Below are positions 8,501 to 17,021 of a stretch of 64,000 bases of DNA, piece after piece. The notes below the pieces were generated by a model that saw only the letters and a program-made list of their open reading frames with translations, was not told the DNA's origin and did not search any database. Position numbers and translations under genes: made by a program. This stretch comes from a virus. The first letter of the stretch is position 1. Each line of letters begins with the position of its first letter. The stretch is taken from IMG/VR virus record IMGVR_UViG_3300013723_000002, one strand, 5' to 3'.

Positions 8501-11500
8501 ACACCGCTTTTCACAAAGTCCCGAACAATCTTATCGTTCATGGATACGATTAAAATATTTTTCAGTCCAGCGTTTACAAAGCGCTTAACTGCACCCAGTC
8601 CGGTAAATGTTTTACCGGTACCCGTACCATTGGTAAATAACATGCCATTAGCATTTTTCCCAAAAAGGTGCGTTTCGGCTTTTAATACATCTTCTTGCTG
8701 TTCAGGTGATAGATACGGCAAGGCGGTTTGAATACTGTGTAAATCTCCCCATTCCGTAGCTGTACCTTCAGCTTCTAATTGTAGTAATGCTTTTCCGGTT
8801 AATTCTGCTCGAATTGACTTAGCAAGCTGAACAATTTTTCTATCTCGTTTGCTGCGAGTAGATGATCCTGAGCTGCTAGATATGTTGCTTGTGCTGCTGT
8901 CAGCGGTTGCAAGACCTGTTGAAGTGATACGGCGTTTTCGCTGGCCAGCATGACTGCTATCGCGTCCAGTTCCGCTACCTGCAGCATGTAATTCTGAAAC
9001 GCCAGGATTACTGTTTCCGTTATTCCCTCCGCCGCTAGTTCCTTCGCCTGATTGTCCAGCCATACTTCCAGCTGTTGATCCTCCATCATGAGCACTTGTT
9101 GGGTTTCCTGATCCGTCACGTACTTGGCCAAGGTTGTGCGAATCTGAAGAGGTAGCTGTTGCATTTGTTAAATCTCTTTTTAAGTTAAGTTGAGCTGGCG
9201 TTAATAGATTATCTGGAATTGTGGCCAAATGTTTTAAACGAACATACCAGCCGGATTGATCATAATAGAAAGTAAACGGGTCATACTCTTGAGCTTCGGT
9301 TTTACGTTTTACTAGGTTCGGATCTAGCACGATACCTTCTAACACTTTGCCCTTTTTAGTCGTATAAAGAACAATAGGATTATCCTGGATAAATGCTGGC
9401 TCTACGCCATCGGCCAGTAATGCCGCTGCTGCCAGCTTTAGTGCTTCAATCGGCCGAGCTTGGGCATCTATCGCCTTTAGTGCATCTAGTGGGGTGCTAT
9501 CCGGAGAAAGACCAGGTGAAGAAATCAGAGGAAATTGTTGCATCATTTCCTGATAAACATCTCTTACTTGGCCAGGGTTAATATTTGGCATGGCTGAATC
9601 AAAAGCAGTCCAGGTTTTACTTAATTTAGCCTTGAGCTGCTCAATATTAATTTCATGAAGTGACTCTAAACCTTTCCAGCCAGCTTCGTAATTTGAAAGA
9701 TAAATTTGACGGGCCTCTTCAACATCATCGGCGCCAATAATCAGCTTATGTTCATCAAAAACCTTAGTATCCGGATCAACCTGGTAAATAACGAAAATCT
9801 TATTATTGAGCTTGGTTAAGCCACGTTTAATGAATACGTCTAGTTCATCACCATCAGCACCTTGGGTATTTTCGATAAAACCGTAGTGATGCTGCATAAC
9901 AGACTGCCAGGTATTTCCCTTTTCATCTGTTCCGGATCTGATAGATCCAGCCGGATTTTCGATACTAATATCCAAGCCATATAACTGGATTTTAGCTTTT
10001 GGATAGTTTCCACTTAACTTCTGCTCTTCAGTAGGTTCAGGAATAGCATTTAAAGGCGAAGTGGCGGCGTCATGGGCTATGGTATCGATAGCTGTCACAG
10101 GTGTATCTTCTTGATGTGCTGAGTCAAACATAGCAATTTGTGAGGTATCGCCGTATTGCTCACTGAGTACCGTATTTGCAAATACCAAGGCATCTTTAAT
10201 ACTGACTGGTTCAGGTTCTCCAAACAGGCCAAAGTTTTGGCTATCCGTTGCATTGCGCTCAACAAACTGGGCCATAGCTTTAAAGGCAAGACTGAGTTTC
10301 TTGGCGCTACGTGCGTTTTTTGAGATAAAAACGGCCAGTTCTGCTACGCCTTCAGGTAAATCACCAAATAGGCCTAACTGCTCAACATATTCAGTGACTG
10401 CCTGGTTAGAAAGTTTTGCTTTTTCTATGACATTGGTAGCATCCAGAATTGCATTAATCACCAGGTCATCCAGGGACTTTTCAATACCGTCTACCATCTG
10501 GCTAGACAGATCCTCTAACTGCCCTTTGACTTGGCCAGAAATAGCCTGGGCTTCAATAAATTTTGGTGCTGATAATGACAAGGCATTTAATACATTTTGC
10601 AGATCCGGTTTAGTCTGATCCGCGACCATTTCTAAAAGCCGGTCATCGTTATAGGCTTTACTGAAAATAGCGCACTTAATCCGGTTGACGAGAGCCTGAG
10701 TAGGTTTACCGTCTGTAGTCGTATATTGGGCCGCTTCATGTTCTCCCAGGCTCTTTAAAAAGCCCTGGATAAACTTAATATTACTCGCCGCCATAAAATC
10801 GCCGTCATCACTTGGATTAAACAATTCAAGTAATGCACCGGTAATACGTCCAGCATCGGTTTTGGCGCGTTCTGTAGCACTAGAACTGAGCTTATCATCC
10901 TGATTAGCTTCTACCGCAAATTGAACCCGGTCAACTTCGGTTTTACGCACTCGGACTAATACCGGTTCTTTTAACTGAGCTACTTTTTCAGGATCTACTC
11001 CAAAGTATTCTGCATTCTCTAGGATCCATTCACGGTACTCTTCAGCCTTACCTTGGGAATAAGCCAGTTTAAGGGCGATAGTCCGGCCGTTGCCTGATTC
11101 AACCACTAAATCCTGGCCAATAATTGGTGCACCCGAATCGGCACGGTTGGATCGGCCTAGGCTGTCCGGGTCTAGGTCATTGGCTATATTGTGGATCTGC
11201 TGCTGGCTTGATTGCCGCGAACGGTCACGTGGCTGGATTTCGGCCGGGTAATCTGGATTTGCATTGCCCAAGGCATCATGGGAGGCAATTAGATCCGCCG
11301 CTTCGATGACAGCCAAGTTAGTGTCTAGGCGTGTCCCCTTGGCTGTTTTAACTTTATTCTGGCGTCCTTCTAAGATTAAAGGACTATCTTCAAGATTTTT
11401 TACAGATTCTAAAATCTGAATATTGAATATTGTTTGATCATCGTCTACACTTGAATCATAAAGGGCGGTTCTTTGATCCAAAGTCGATATAGACACTGAT

Positions 11501-12108
11501 GGCGGATTAACAGGAACTGCCTTTTTTAATGCGTCCAGTTTTCCTTCTAGTTGTCCAATCGGATCTTCAAGTAAGTTATAAACAAACTTACCGCGCTCAT
11601 ATTCAATAACCGACAAACTAACAGTATAAATTTTCCCTTCTAAATTAACTTTCGCACCCAAGTAAAAGAATTGTTTGGCGTCATCCTTGCGGCCTGTTTT
11701 GGGTTCTTCTTTCCCTAGAAATATACCTTTAGCCAGAATATCCAAAATAGCTGGGATCAGCTTTGCATGAATTAAACTGCCATGTGCATAGCCGCCAGTT
11801 TTATGCCAGGAAACTTTTTTACTAACCTTAATTTCACCGATAATGGGATGATTGGCCACTTGATCCCGTAAATGAGCCTCAAAATATTTCTTTGCTGCAG
11901 TAACTAGATCCTTTCCATGAGTAATAGGATTGCCGGCCTCATCTACTGGACTGTCTAATAGACTTGTTACTTCATCCCCTTTAAGAGTGGCCACAACTGG
12001 AAAGTTTTTGCCTTTTTGCTTTAAATCCTGAATTGCTATTGCAAGTTTTTCAGCCTGCTCAAGCACATCTTTGGGGTTCTGTGCCTGAACCAAATCTGTA
12101 ATGCTCAT
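5554..12108 (-). CDS. Polyvalent virion-associated anti-restriction-type protein (P1 DarB-like): ParB-like + pyrophosphatase-signature + SNF2 helicase + N6-adenine methyltransferase + C-terminal ParB-like domains
   Basis: Motifs read from the DNA: EIQPRDRS (11217-11241) and VVESGNGRTI (11077-11106); ADGDELDVFI (9830-9859); S/G/T-rich linker (~8830-9170). Helicase and methylase motifs: TNGTGTGKT (~8609-8635), DLIVVDESH (8350-8376), QTEGRIYRFGQ (7090-7122), VLEPSAGDGAIG (6661-6696), AIVMNPPFG (6495-6521). C-terminal PIVVVKEGHDYRLIVGYERYKLA. Confidence 0.85.
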   Translation of the reverse strand: MSITDLVQAQNPKDVLEQAEKLAIAIQDLKQKGKNFPVVATLKGDEVTSLLDSPVDEAGNPITHGKDLVTAAKKYFEAHLRDQVANHPIIGEIKVSKKVSWHKTGGYAHGSLIHAKLIPAILDILAKGIFLGKEEPKTGRKDDAKQFFYLGAKVNLEGKIYTVSLSVIEYERGKFVYNLLEDPIGQLEGKLDALKKAVPVNPPSVSISTLDQRTALYDSSVDDDQTIFNIQILESVKNLEDSPLILEGRQNKVKTAKGTRLDTNLAVIEAADLIASHDALGNANPDYPAEIQPRDRSRQSSQQQIHNIANDLDPDSLGRSNRADSGAPIIGQDLVVESGNGRTIALKLAYSQGKAEEYREWILENAEYFGVDPEKVAQLKEPVLVRVRKTEVDRVQFAVEANQDDKLSSSATERAKTDAGRITGALLELFNPSDDGDFMAASNIKFIQGFLKSLGEHEAAQYTTTDGKPTQALVNRIKCAIFSKAYNDDRLLEMVADQTKPDLQNVLNALSLSAPKFIEAQAISGQVKGQLEDLSSQMVDGIEKSLDDLVINAILDATNVIEKAKLSNQAVTEYVEQLGLFGDLPEGVAELAVFISKNARSAKKLSLAFKAMAQFVERNATDSQNFGLFGEPEPVSIKDALVFANTVLSEQYGDTSQIAMFDSAHQEDTPVTAIDTIAHDAATSPLNAIPEPTEEQKLSGNYPKAKIQLYGLDISIENPAGSIRSGTDEKGNTWQSVMQHHYGFIENTQGADGDELDVFIKRGLTKLNNKIFVIYQVDPDTKVFDEHKLIIGADDVEEARQIYLSNYEAGWKGLESLHEINIEQLKAKLSKTWTAFDSAMPNINPGQVRDVYQEMMQQFPLISSPGLSPDSTPLDALKAIDAQARPIEALKLAAAALLADGVEPAFIQDNPIVLYTTKKGKVLEGIVLDPNLVKRKTEAQEYDPFTFYYDQSGWYVRLKHLATIPDNLLTPAQLNLKRDLTNATATSSDSHNLGQVRDGSGNPTSAHDGGSTAGSMAGQSGEGTSGGGNNGNSNPGVSELHAAGSGTGRDSSHAGQRKRRITSTGLATADSSTSNISSSSGSSTRSKRDRKIVQLAKSIRAELTGKALLQLEAEGTATEWGDLHSIQTALPYLSPEQQEDVLKAETHLFGKNANGMLFTNGTGTGKTFTGLGAVKRFVNAGLKNILIVSMNDKIVRDFVKSGVPLNLDIHQLDGITDNGGEEHNIVATTYANFAQNINLAKKKWDLIVVDESHNLMQSQDGNVTAALRKLRALSGHHDGFYDWYDDHFSEEMPPRETREERSVDDDGNVTVTQFADGPFIPGEATDKWMAKRSEEREIWHQNWREQPAGRTKVIFLSATPFSYVKSIEWAEGYLFDYTEPAKMWSSEHASEGLRYNSGNDRSKFFMLNFGYTMRYNKLNRPDGKIDSGVNERNFAEKLKTAGAMSGRELDVPFDYDRKFILIKSAAGQEIDRGLDILWESKNEADERIYSNLSRAVNSRFDYLSKERLLEAIKADAAIDQINLHLQLGRKIVVFHDYNEGGGFSPFKFTNKFKEDRNADQVQIEYDQFAQEHPDLVALDLQFPSPIQMIKAHFPDVLLFNGRVSKAERAKNADLFNTDNSGRDVIMVQSDAGATGISFHDTTGVHQRVIINLGLPKRPAKLRQTEGRIYRFGQASNAIQRYLTTGTKWETSAFANVIAQRAETVDNLAKGDDAVVSIRDAIISAYNAAEYSEPSLLDGIGGKAYDEENARIARLSAFDKAKTYYYNKGKNRDNRANKIGKDWYATPEPLGMKMVEWSGAHNGDDVLEPSAGDGAIGRWFPNDTNTTMIEPSSELASRAQLSSPNANVVMGSFESHNTMIKYDAIVMNPPFGHAGSLALEHLKKACAHLREGGRVVALVPNSPNLDKGLEKWQAQEGQEFYTVASINLPASTFSNANTSVSTRIIILERHALPEDAPYMRNIDLSYVASVEELFEKIEHLGFNPRKLRQDEALLEYGLILSPYRNTHILSGIGIQDPAIREALLANRFVYTVTNDPDSLECAARNIKSVLASLKEAGVSKIQENLVHAFDSWKHDGMFDRIGVDQIKVDLKKYVRLEKKPTMKTPIVVVKEGHDYRLIVGYERYKLAMKVKEHFIPAIVTDNAEGISREAIIEAYKKTPHQLDPEVFASNLYEVLDDLAELSLAR

Positions 12109-12158
12109 ATAACACCTGTCATGTATGATCAGATGCAGTCTAAGTTTAAGAAATGGGC

Positions 12159-12175
12159 CTAAATTTTTTTGTTCC
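12159..12175 (-). promoter_or_regulatory. Late box (GGAACAAAAAAATTTAG) upstream of the 2184-aa gene
   Basis: GGAAC lies 67 nt upstream of ATG 12108. Confidence 0.5.
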
Positions 12176-12228
12176 AGCTGTCAAAAGTTGAAAGGCTATA
12201 CTCAAAACTTCATTAAATAAAAATATTT

Positions 12229-12684
12229 TTATTCTCGGCGGTGTATAAATTCAACTTTTCCATTATGTAGAGTAATACTACCCAAACTTCTATAGTCCCA
12301 AGTTTCGCTTATTCCATATTTGCTTTCCGTACTTCTCTTAGAAAAAGGCTTACCCCAAGTAGATTCCAAAAGTTCACTCGCGGTCATACCGACTTTTGGA
12401 ATTTTTTTATTAAGAAAAGATGAACCTTTATAAGTTCCATCTTTATCAAATTTTTCAGGATATTTTTGCTTATATGCTTCTATATCAGCCTTTCTATTTT
12501 CTACGCCAATTGCTCCACTATAAAGAGAGCGGTCATTATCAGGAATGGTAATTGTAGTAGTTGATTTTGCAATTTCTTCAGAATGATTAGTTTCTATGGA
12601 CAGTGGAATGCTTACAATCTCTACTTGTTTTGCATAAGCTGTTGAAGATATTAAACCTAGTGAAATTAATAAAATTTTATTCAT
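12229..12684 (-). CDS. Secreted (Sec signal peptide) 151-aa protein, moron candidate
   Basis: N-terminal MNKILLISLGLISSTAYA|KQ signal peptide with no lipobox Cys. The gene is AT-richer than its neighbours and sits between terminator 12753-12780 and late box 12159-12175. Confidence 0.6.
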   Translation of the reverse strand: MNKILLISLGLISSTAYAKQVEIVSIPLSIETNHSEEIAKSTTTITIPDNDRSLYSGAIGVENRKADIEAYKQKYPEKFDKDGTYKGSSFLNKKIPKVGMTASELLESTWGKPFSKRSTESKYGISETWDYRSLGSITLHNGKVEFIHRRE

Positions 12685-12752
12685 TTAGATATGTCCAAAC
12701 TAAGGTCTGAATATCTTAGCTTAAATCCACAATTAGAATTCTGTAGATCTAT

Positions 12753-12780
12753 GAAAAAAGGCCCTCAAGGGGCCTTTTTG
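12753..12780 (-). terminator. Intrinsic terminator after 12781-13551
   Basis: Minus strand AGGCCCCttgaGGGCCT followed by TTTTTT. Confidence 0.7.
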
Positions 12781-13551
12781 TTATGTTGCCATGAGTATGA
12801 CTTTTTCTTGTACCACCTTAGCGGCGGCCGGTAATAAATAATGTTCCGGATCTTCTTCAGCATACCCCAGTGCTTGTGCGATTAGTGCCTGGTCTACTTC
12901 TGCCCCATCGATGATAGATTGATAAAATGCGCCAGCTGCATCAATCGGCGGATCTTCCCTATTATCCTGGGCTTCTGTTTCAAAATCTTCATCTGCCGTT
13001 GTACTATCATCATCAATTGCCACACTACTAAATAGATCATTCGGGTTATGATGCTTGACCGCTTTATCACCAGTTATAAATAGATCCTGAATATATGCCC
13101 ACTCAATAAAGGGCCAGATCGCATTTTTAGGCTTGATATAGTCATCAATTGCCATGCCGCCGTCTTTTTTCTGGATATATAAACCTTCTGCTAAATCAGT
13201 AAATAACCGGGCACGAACAAATGGCTGGCCCTTTTCATCATGCAAGTTGGCATTTAAAGCAAGAAGAATAGGAGTTATTAAGTCAGTCTGGCCCTTATGT
13301 TCTGCGACAAAATTATGTAACTGTTTTTCCAGGTCTACATGCGGTTTAAGTCGTACACCTAAACGGCCCTTTTCCTGGACAATTTCACTTAAAGTTTTGC
13401 CTGCAATATCACCACCAGTAAGGTCCTTAATAATTTCATCAATACGGCGTACTTTCTCAATACGTTCCATTAATGGCAAGGTACCACCGAGTACCAGGTT
13501 AGCTAGGTTGTCCAGTTCCTGAGTCAGTTTTAGCTTAGTAATTAGATCCAT
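12781..13551 (-). CDS. Hypothetical 256-aa late protein
   Basis: Tightly follows the 890-aa ORF with a 3-nt gap. Followed by an intrinsic terminator. Confidence 0.6.
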   Translation of the reverse strand: MDLITKLKLTQELDNLANLVLGGTLPLMERIEKVRRIDEIIKDLTGGDIAGKTLSEIVQEKGRLGVRLKPHVDLEKQLHNFVAEHKGQTDLITPILLALNANLHDEKGQPFVRARLFTDLAEGLYIQKKDGGMAIDDYIKPKNAIWPFIEWAYIQDLFITGDKAVKHHNPNDLFSSVAIDDDSTTADEDFETEAQDNREDPPIDAAGAFYQSIIDGAEVDQALIAQALGYAEEDPEHYLLPAAAKVVQEKVILMAT

Positions 13552-13554
13552 GTC

Positions 13555-16227
13555 TTAAACTCCCTGCGCCTTGGCAACTTTAGCTTTAGTTACAGTGTTT
13601 AAGGCTTCTTCTAATTTCGCATAAATTGGCTGATCCGGCTCACTGGCATATTTTTGGGCTACGTTCATAAAATCGTCCATATTTAACGTGGTCGCATCAA
13701 TTTCGCCTCCAATAATCTGGTCTAGCCAGGCTTCATCTGGATTCATTTCATTACCCTGTATTGGATCTGTTTGTTCGGCTAAAAGCCCATGTTGCTGTAA
13801 ATAGATTTTGCTCTTTTCCATACGGTCTTGGGTCACACTTAAACCTACATCGTCCAGATTGCCGCGTTCAATTTTACCCTGGTAGAGTTCATAAAGTTTT
13901 TCATGAGCAAAGTTTATCTCTGCTTCAGATAGTTTCCCTGCATCTTTTAATTTGTTGGCCAGTAAATCAATATGACGGTTGGCCAGATCTGCTGGATCTA
14001 CACTATCTGTTTTATTTAAAAACTTGATCCAGTTTTCTTCGTGGTCGTAACGTTCAAAAAGATTCATTTCTTCATTAGCCCGGACTCGCTCCATAGGATT
14101 ATCAGACAGTGGATTGAGCTTGCCGTTTTCATCCCGTAATTGATCCAGCTGGGCATTTAAATCTAATTTTTTCTGTTCAGAGGCAAGTTGTTTTTTTGCT
14201 TTAATAACTTCAATCGGCTGAGCTTCACGGCCTTGGGCTATATCCGCTGCGAGCTTTGAATCATAGCTATTCATGGCTTTGATTAGGCCACTTGCAAAGA
14301 GTTCAGCTTTACTCATTTTTTCAAGTGTGGCCAGCGCTGCATCATGAGCCTGTTTAACACTGGCATAGAAGAAAACATCATTGCCCTTTTCATCTTTAGA
14401 CGGAATAGACAAATGAGATTTTGAATATATGACTTCTAAGCCTTTCGCCGTACCTTGGAATGAATCAACCACATAGAACGTTTCCCCATGCACCTGGAAA
14501 ATTAAACGCGGTTCGGCTTCTGTCACCATTTCGCTATATTTCGGATGGCCAACGATTACTTTACCGGTCGCTTTAAAATGTTCATCTTCTAGCTCATGTA
14601 GAACATAGCCTTCCTCTGTTTTCATAGGTATGTAGCTAGAAAGGTTATGTGTATTCTTAAATCGATTGGTCATCGATAAAACGCTAAAAGGTTTACCCTT
14701 GGGCAAAGTCAAAATATTACCGGCCTTGTCGGTCTTAAAGCCTGCTGCTTTTGCTGCTTCAGCACCAGGACTAACTACCGGATTGTCTTTACGATACTGA
14801 TTTAAGTATTCAATTCCTTCCTCTTTCCATTCTGCCTGGGTCGTAGAAATGCGGTAGGCCCAGCCTTGTGTTACGGCGTAATTGATCGGCTTGTAAACTT
14901 CTGGCGTGTTGTACCATAGTCCACCCCCTGTAAACTGCCGTTCCATTTCAGTTTTACGTCTAAACGCTGTGGCCACCTCTTCAATGGTGTACGCTTCTTT
15001 ATCAGTTTTATCAGCATCAGGCTCTATTACTGGCTCATTTTCAGGATCTTGCTGTGCTGGTATTGGTTCTTGGGCAGCTTCTGTTTTTACTTCTGGTGTT
15101 ATAACTGCTGCACTTAATGGCTGGTCCAGCTGCTCTTGTAGAGCTGCAATTTCTTGATCTAACAGCTGCTCTTCCTGGATCTTCGCCTGTTCATCTTTTT
15201 CTAGGTCTACCAATACTTGTTCAGCCTGGGCTTTTCTGGCTAGGCCTTTCATAAAACGAGCACTATTGCCTTCAACAATAAGCATCATACGCTTGGCCAA
15301 GGTTTGAATATTTACGTTTTTACCGCTCTTGGGTTGCAATACTGCAGTTACATCACGCTTATTTAATAAAAACTTCCAGCTGGTTAGTGTATCTGTTGCA
15401 TCAAGACGTTTTGGCGTAGCATCTGGGTTGTGATAAATAATACTGACGCTCTGGCCATCACTCATGGTAAAAACAGTCGCAATATTGACTACGCCGTTTT
15501 TCTTAAATGGATCTGAGGTAGTCACCTCAACCGGCTTCACTTTTTCACCTGCAGCTTTACCCATAGCCACCAGTACCCGTTTAGAAAGGGCTTCTAATCG
15601 GGAATATTGGGAGATAACTGCATCGAAACCTTCTATTTCAGCGCCATCCATAACTTCTTGAATAATCGCTTCCGGTTTAACCGGTAATAGCAATTCACGT
15701 GATTCATCATAGGTCGAAATATCGCGTATCAAATGTGAAGCGCTTGCATGTGAAGTGCAATTATTTTCTTCCCATACAACTGGGTTACCGGTAATTTGAG
15801 CGCGTAATGTATCAATCTCTTGTTGAGTAATACGCCCCTGGTAATTTTCTCGTGAAGCATGATTAACCAGGCGCTCTAAAACGAATGTAGGCGCTTCTAT
15901 TACGTCATAAGCATTAATCTGAGCAATTGCCCCATAATCATAATTAAACATCCGTAGCGCGAAATTAGCGGCTTGCTCGTCACTGATTGCACCCAGAACG
16001 GCGACTGAGGTTAAAAACACATTGTTCTGGTCCACCAAATTAGTAATACGCCATGTATCACGTTGGGTATAACCAGGAATTGCGAGTGCTTTAAGGGCAG
16101 TATATTGGCCATAAATATACCCAACATCGGCAATACAAATTGCCTCACCTTTTGAACCATCCTGATTGTTATATGGTCGGCTAGTTCCCTTATAAAAACT
16201 CACCGTTAAAATTGAATCATTTTTCAT
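13555..16227 (-). CDS. Large (890 aa) late protein with central coiled-coil/Glu-Pro-rich linker; possible second ejected/polyvalent-type protein
   Basis: Headed by late box 16279-16296. Multi-domain look, with several globular blocks separated by QEEQLLDQEIAALQEQL and PE-rich linkers. No catalytic motif recognised. Confidence 0.55.
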   Translation of the reverse strand: MKNDSILTVSFYKGTSRPYNNQDGSKGEAICIADVGYIYGQYTALKALAIPGYTQRDTWRITNLVDQNNVFLTSVAVLGAISDEQAANFALRMFNYDYGAIAQINAYDVIEAPTFVLERLVNHASRENYQGRITQQEIDTLRAQITGNPVVWEENNCTSHASASHLIRDISTYDESRELLLPVKPEAIIQEVMDGAEIEGFDAVISQYSRLEALSKRVLVAMGKAAGEKVKPVEVTTSDPFKKNGVVNIATVFTMSDGQSVSIIYHNPDATPKRLDATDTLTSWKFLLNKRDVTAVLQPKSGKNVNIQTLAKRMMLIVEGNSARFMKGLARKAQAEQVLVDLEKDEQAKIQEEQLLDQEIAALQEQLDQPLSAAVITPEVKTEAAQEPIPAQQDPENEPVIEPDADKTDKEAYTIEEVATAFRRKTEMERQFTGGGLWYNTPEVYKPINYAVTQGWAYRISTTQAEWKEEGIEYLNQYRKDNPVVSPGAEAAKAAGFKTDKAGNILTLPKGKPFSVLSMTNRFKNTHNLSSYIPMKTEEGYVLHELEDEHFKATGKVIVGHPKYSEMVTEAEPRLIFQVHGETFYVVDSFQGTAKGLEVIYSKSHLSIPSKDEKGNDVFFYASVKQAHDAALATLEKMSKAELFASGLIKAMNSYDSKLAADIAQGREAQPIEVIKAKKQLASEQKKLDLNAQLDQLRDENGKLNPLSDNPMERVRANEEMNLFERYDHEENWIKFLNKTDSVDPADLANRHIDLLANKLKDAGKLSEAEINFAHEKLYELYQGKIERGNLDDVGLSVTQDRMEKSKIYLQQHGLLAEQTDPIQGNEMNPDEAWLDQIIGGEIDATTLNMDDFMNVAQKYASEPDQPIYAKLEEALNTVTKAKVAKAQGV

Positions 16228-16278
16228 GCAGAAAAACCTTATTGAACGTATGCCGCAAGATTAATTCTTTTAAAAAAT

Positions 16279-16296
16279 GCTAAATTTTATTGTTCC
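16279..16296 (-). promoter_or_regulatory. Late box (GGAACAATAAAATTTAGC) upstream of the 890-aa gene
   Basis: GGAAC lies 69 nt upstream of ATG 16227. Terminator hairpin immediately upstream. Confidence 0.5.
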
Positions 16297-16327
16297 AAGA
16301 AAATAACAAGGCCCATAAAAGGGCCTG
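16297..16327 (-). terminator. Terminator after 16332-17021, abutting a late box
   Basis: Minus strand AGGCCCttttatGGGCCT followed by a T-rich tract, then GGAACAAT. Confidence 0.6.
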
Positions 16328-16331
16328 AGCA

Positions 16332-17021
16332 TCACAATGGCATAAACGGTCGGGCTTGGGAAAAAGTGATTGGAATAGTTAGGGCTGATCCTTCTGACGC
16401 TGCCAGTTCTAGTGAGGCTTGGGTCGCCTTAACCAAATATCGGGATTTAAAAGATGGAGCGGCAAGGCCCTTGTCACGGTTATAAAGCCATAGATCCATC
16501 CACATAACATATTCAGCCGGTAATCCATAACTGCCATCTACATGACAAACTAGCTGAGCATATTGCATCAAACTGTGAGCCACATAATTATTTTTCGTTT
16601 CAATCATTGTTAAAGTAATCTCAGGCGACTGGCTACCTGTGATGTGATTAGCGTTGTAATGGCCCATGCGTTTACTATCAGTATCAAACTGAAGTAATGG
16701 CACAGATAGCTCGGTAGCTAACCAAGGCATAAGATTATTAGTAACAAGTTCTAAATTGCGGGTTGCATTATTTCTGTAAGCTGAAAACTGCACTAAATAA
16801 AAGGATTTATGCTGAATACCCAATTTATAAAGATCTCGATATAGACCCACAAATCTATCTCTAGGCATACCGCCCCAATTTAGGTTTACTGGTCCATTTC
16901 CTGTAGCCGTGGTACCAAGATCAAGGCCTCCCATATTAGGCAATCGGTCACTGATAAAACCTTTCGCAGCTGTTTTAGCTTTACCGGCCGCTTTTTGTTT
17001 AAGCTGATTTATGTCGAGCAT
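16332..17021 (-). CDS. Virion structural protein (possible tail-tube/gp19-like fold), 229 aa
   Basis: Start overlaps the stop of the portal-like gene. The pattern SFYLVQF...ATELSVPLLQFDT...EITLTMIE resembles T4 gp19-type tube proteins, but the resemblance is weak and by eye only. Confidence 0.45.
   Translation of the reverse strand: MLDINQLKQKAAGKAKTAAKGFISDRLPNMGGLDLGTTATGNGPVNLNWGGMPRDRFVGLYRDLYKLGIQHKSFYLVQFSAYRNNATRNLELVTNNLMPWLATELSVPLLQFDTDSKRMGHYNANHITGSQSPEITLTMIETKNNYVAHSLMQYAQLVCHVDGSYGLPAEYVMWMDLWLYNRDKGLAAPSFKSRYLVKATQASLELAASEGSALTIPITFSQARPFMPL

Noticed and set aside
8799-9164. A 121-aa minus-strand ORF in an alternative frame inside the 2184-aa gene, plus many plus-strand ORFs across 5.6-11.3 kb.
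   Set aside because: It falls in the low-complexity S/G/T-rich linker region where alternative frames stay open. There are no RBSs, and the long ORF with sequential enzyme motifs explains the region.
13154-13522. A 122-aa plus-strand ORF antisense to the 256-aa late gene. Similar antisense ORFs occur at 10253-10618, 17330-17521, 28702-29040, 29233-30003 and 54227-55628.
   Set aside because: Each is fully contained in a longer, better-supported minus-strand ORF. They lack RBSs and have biased (S/R/L/P-rich) composition typical of antisense frames.
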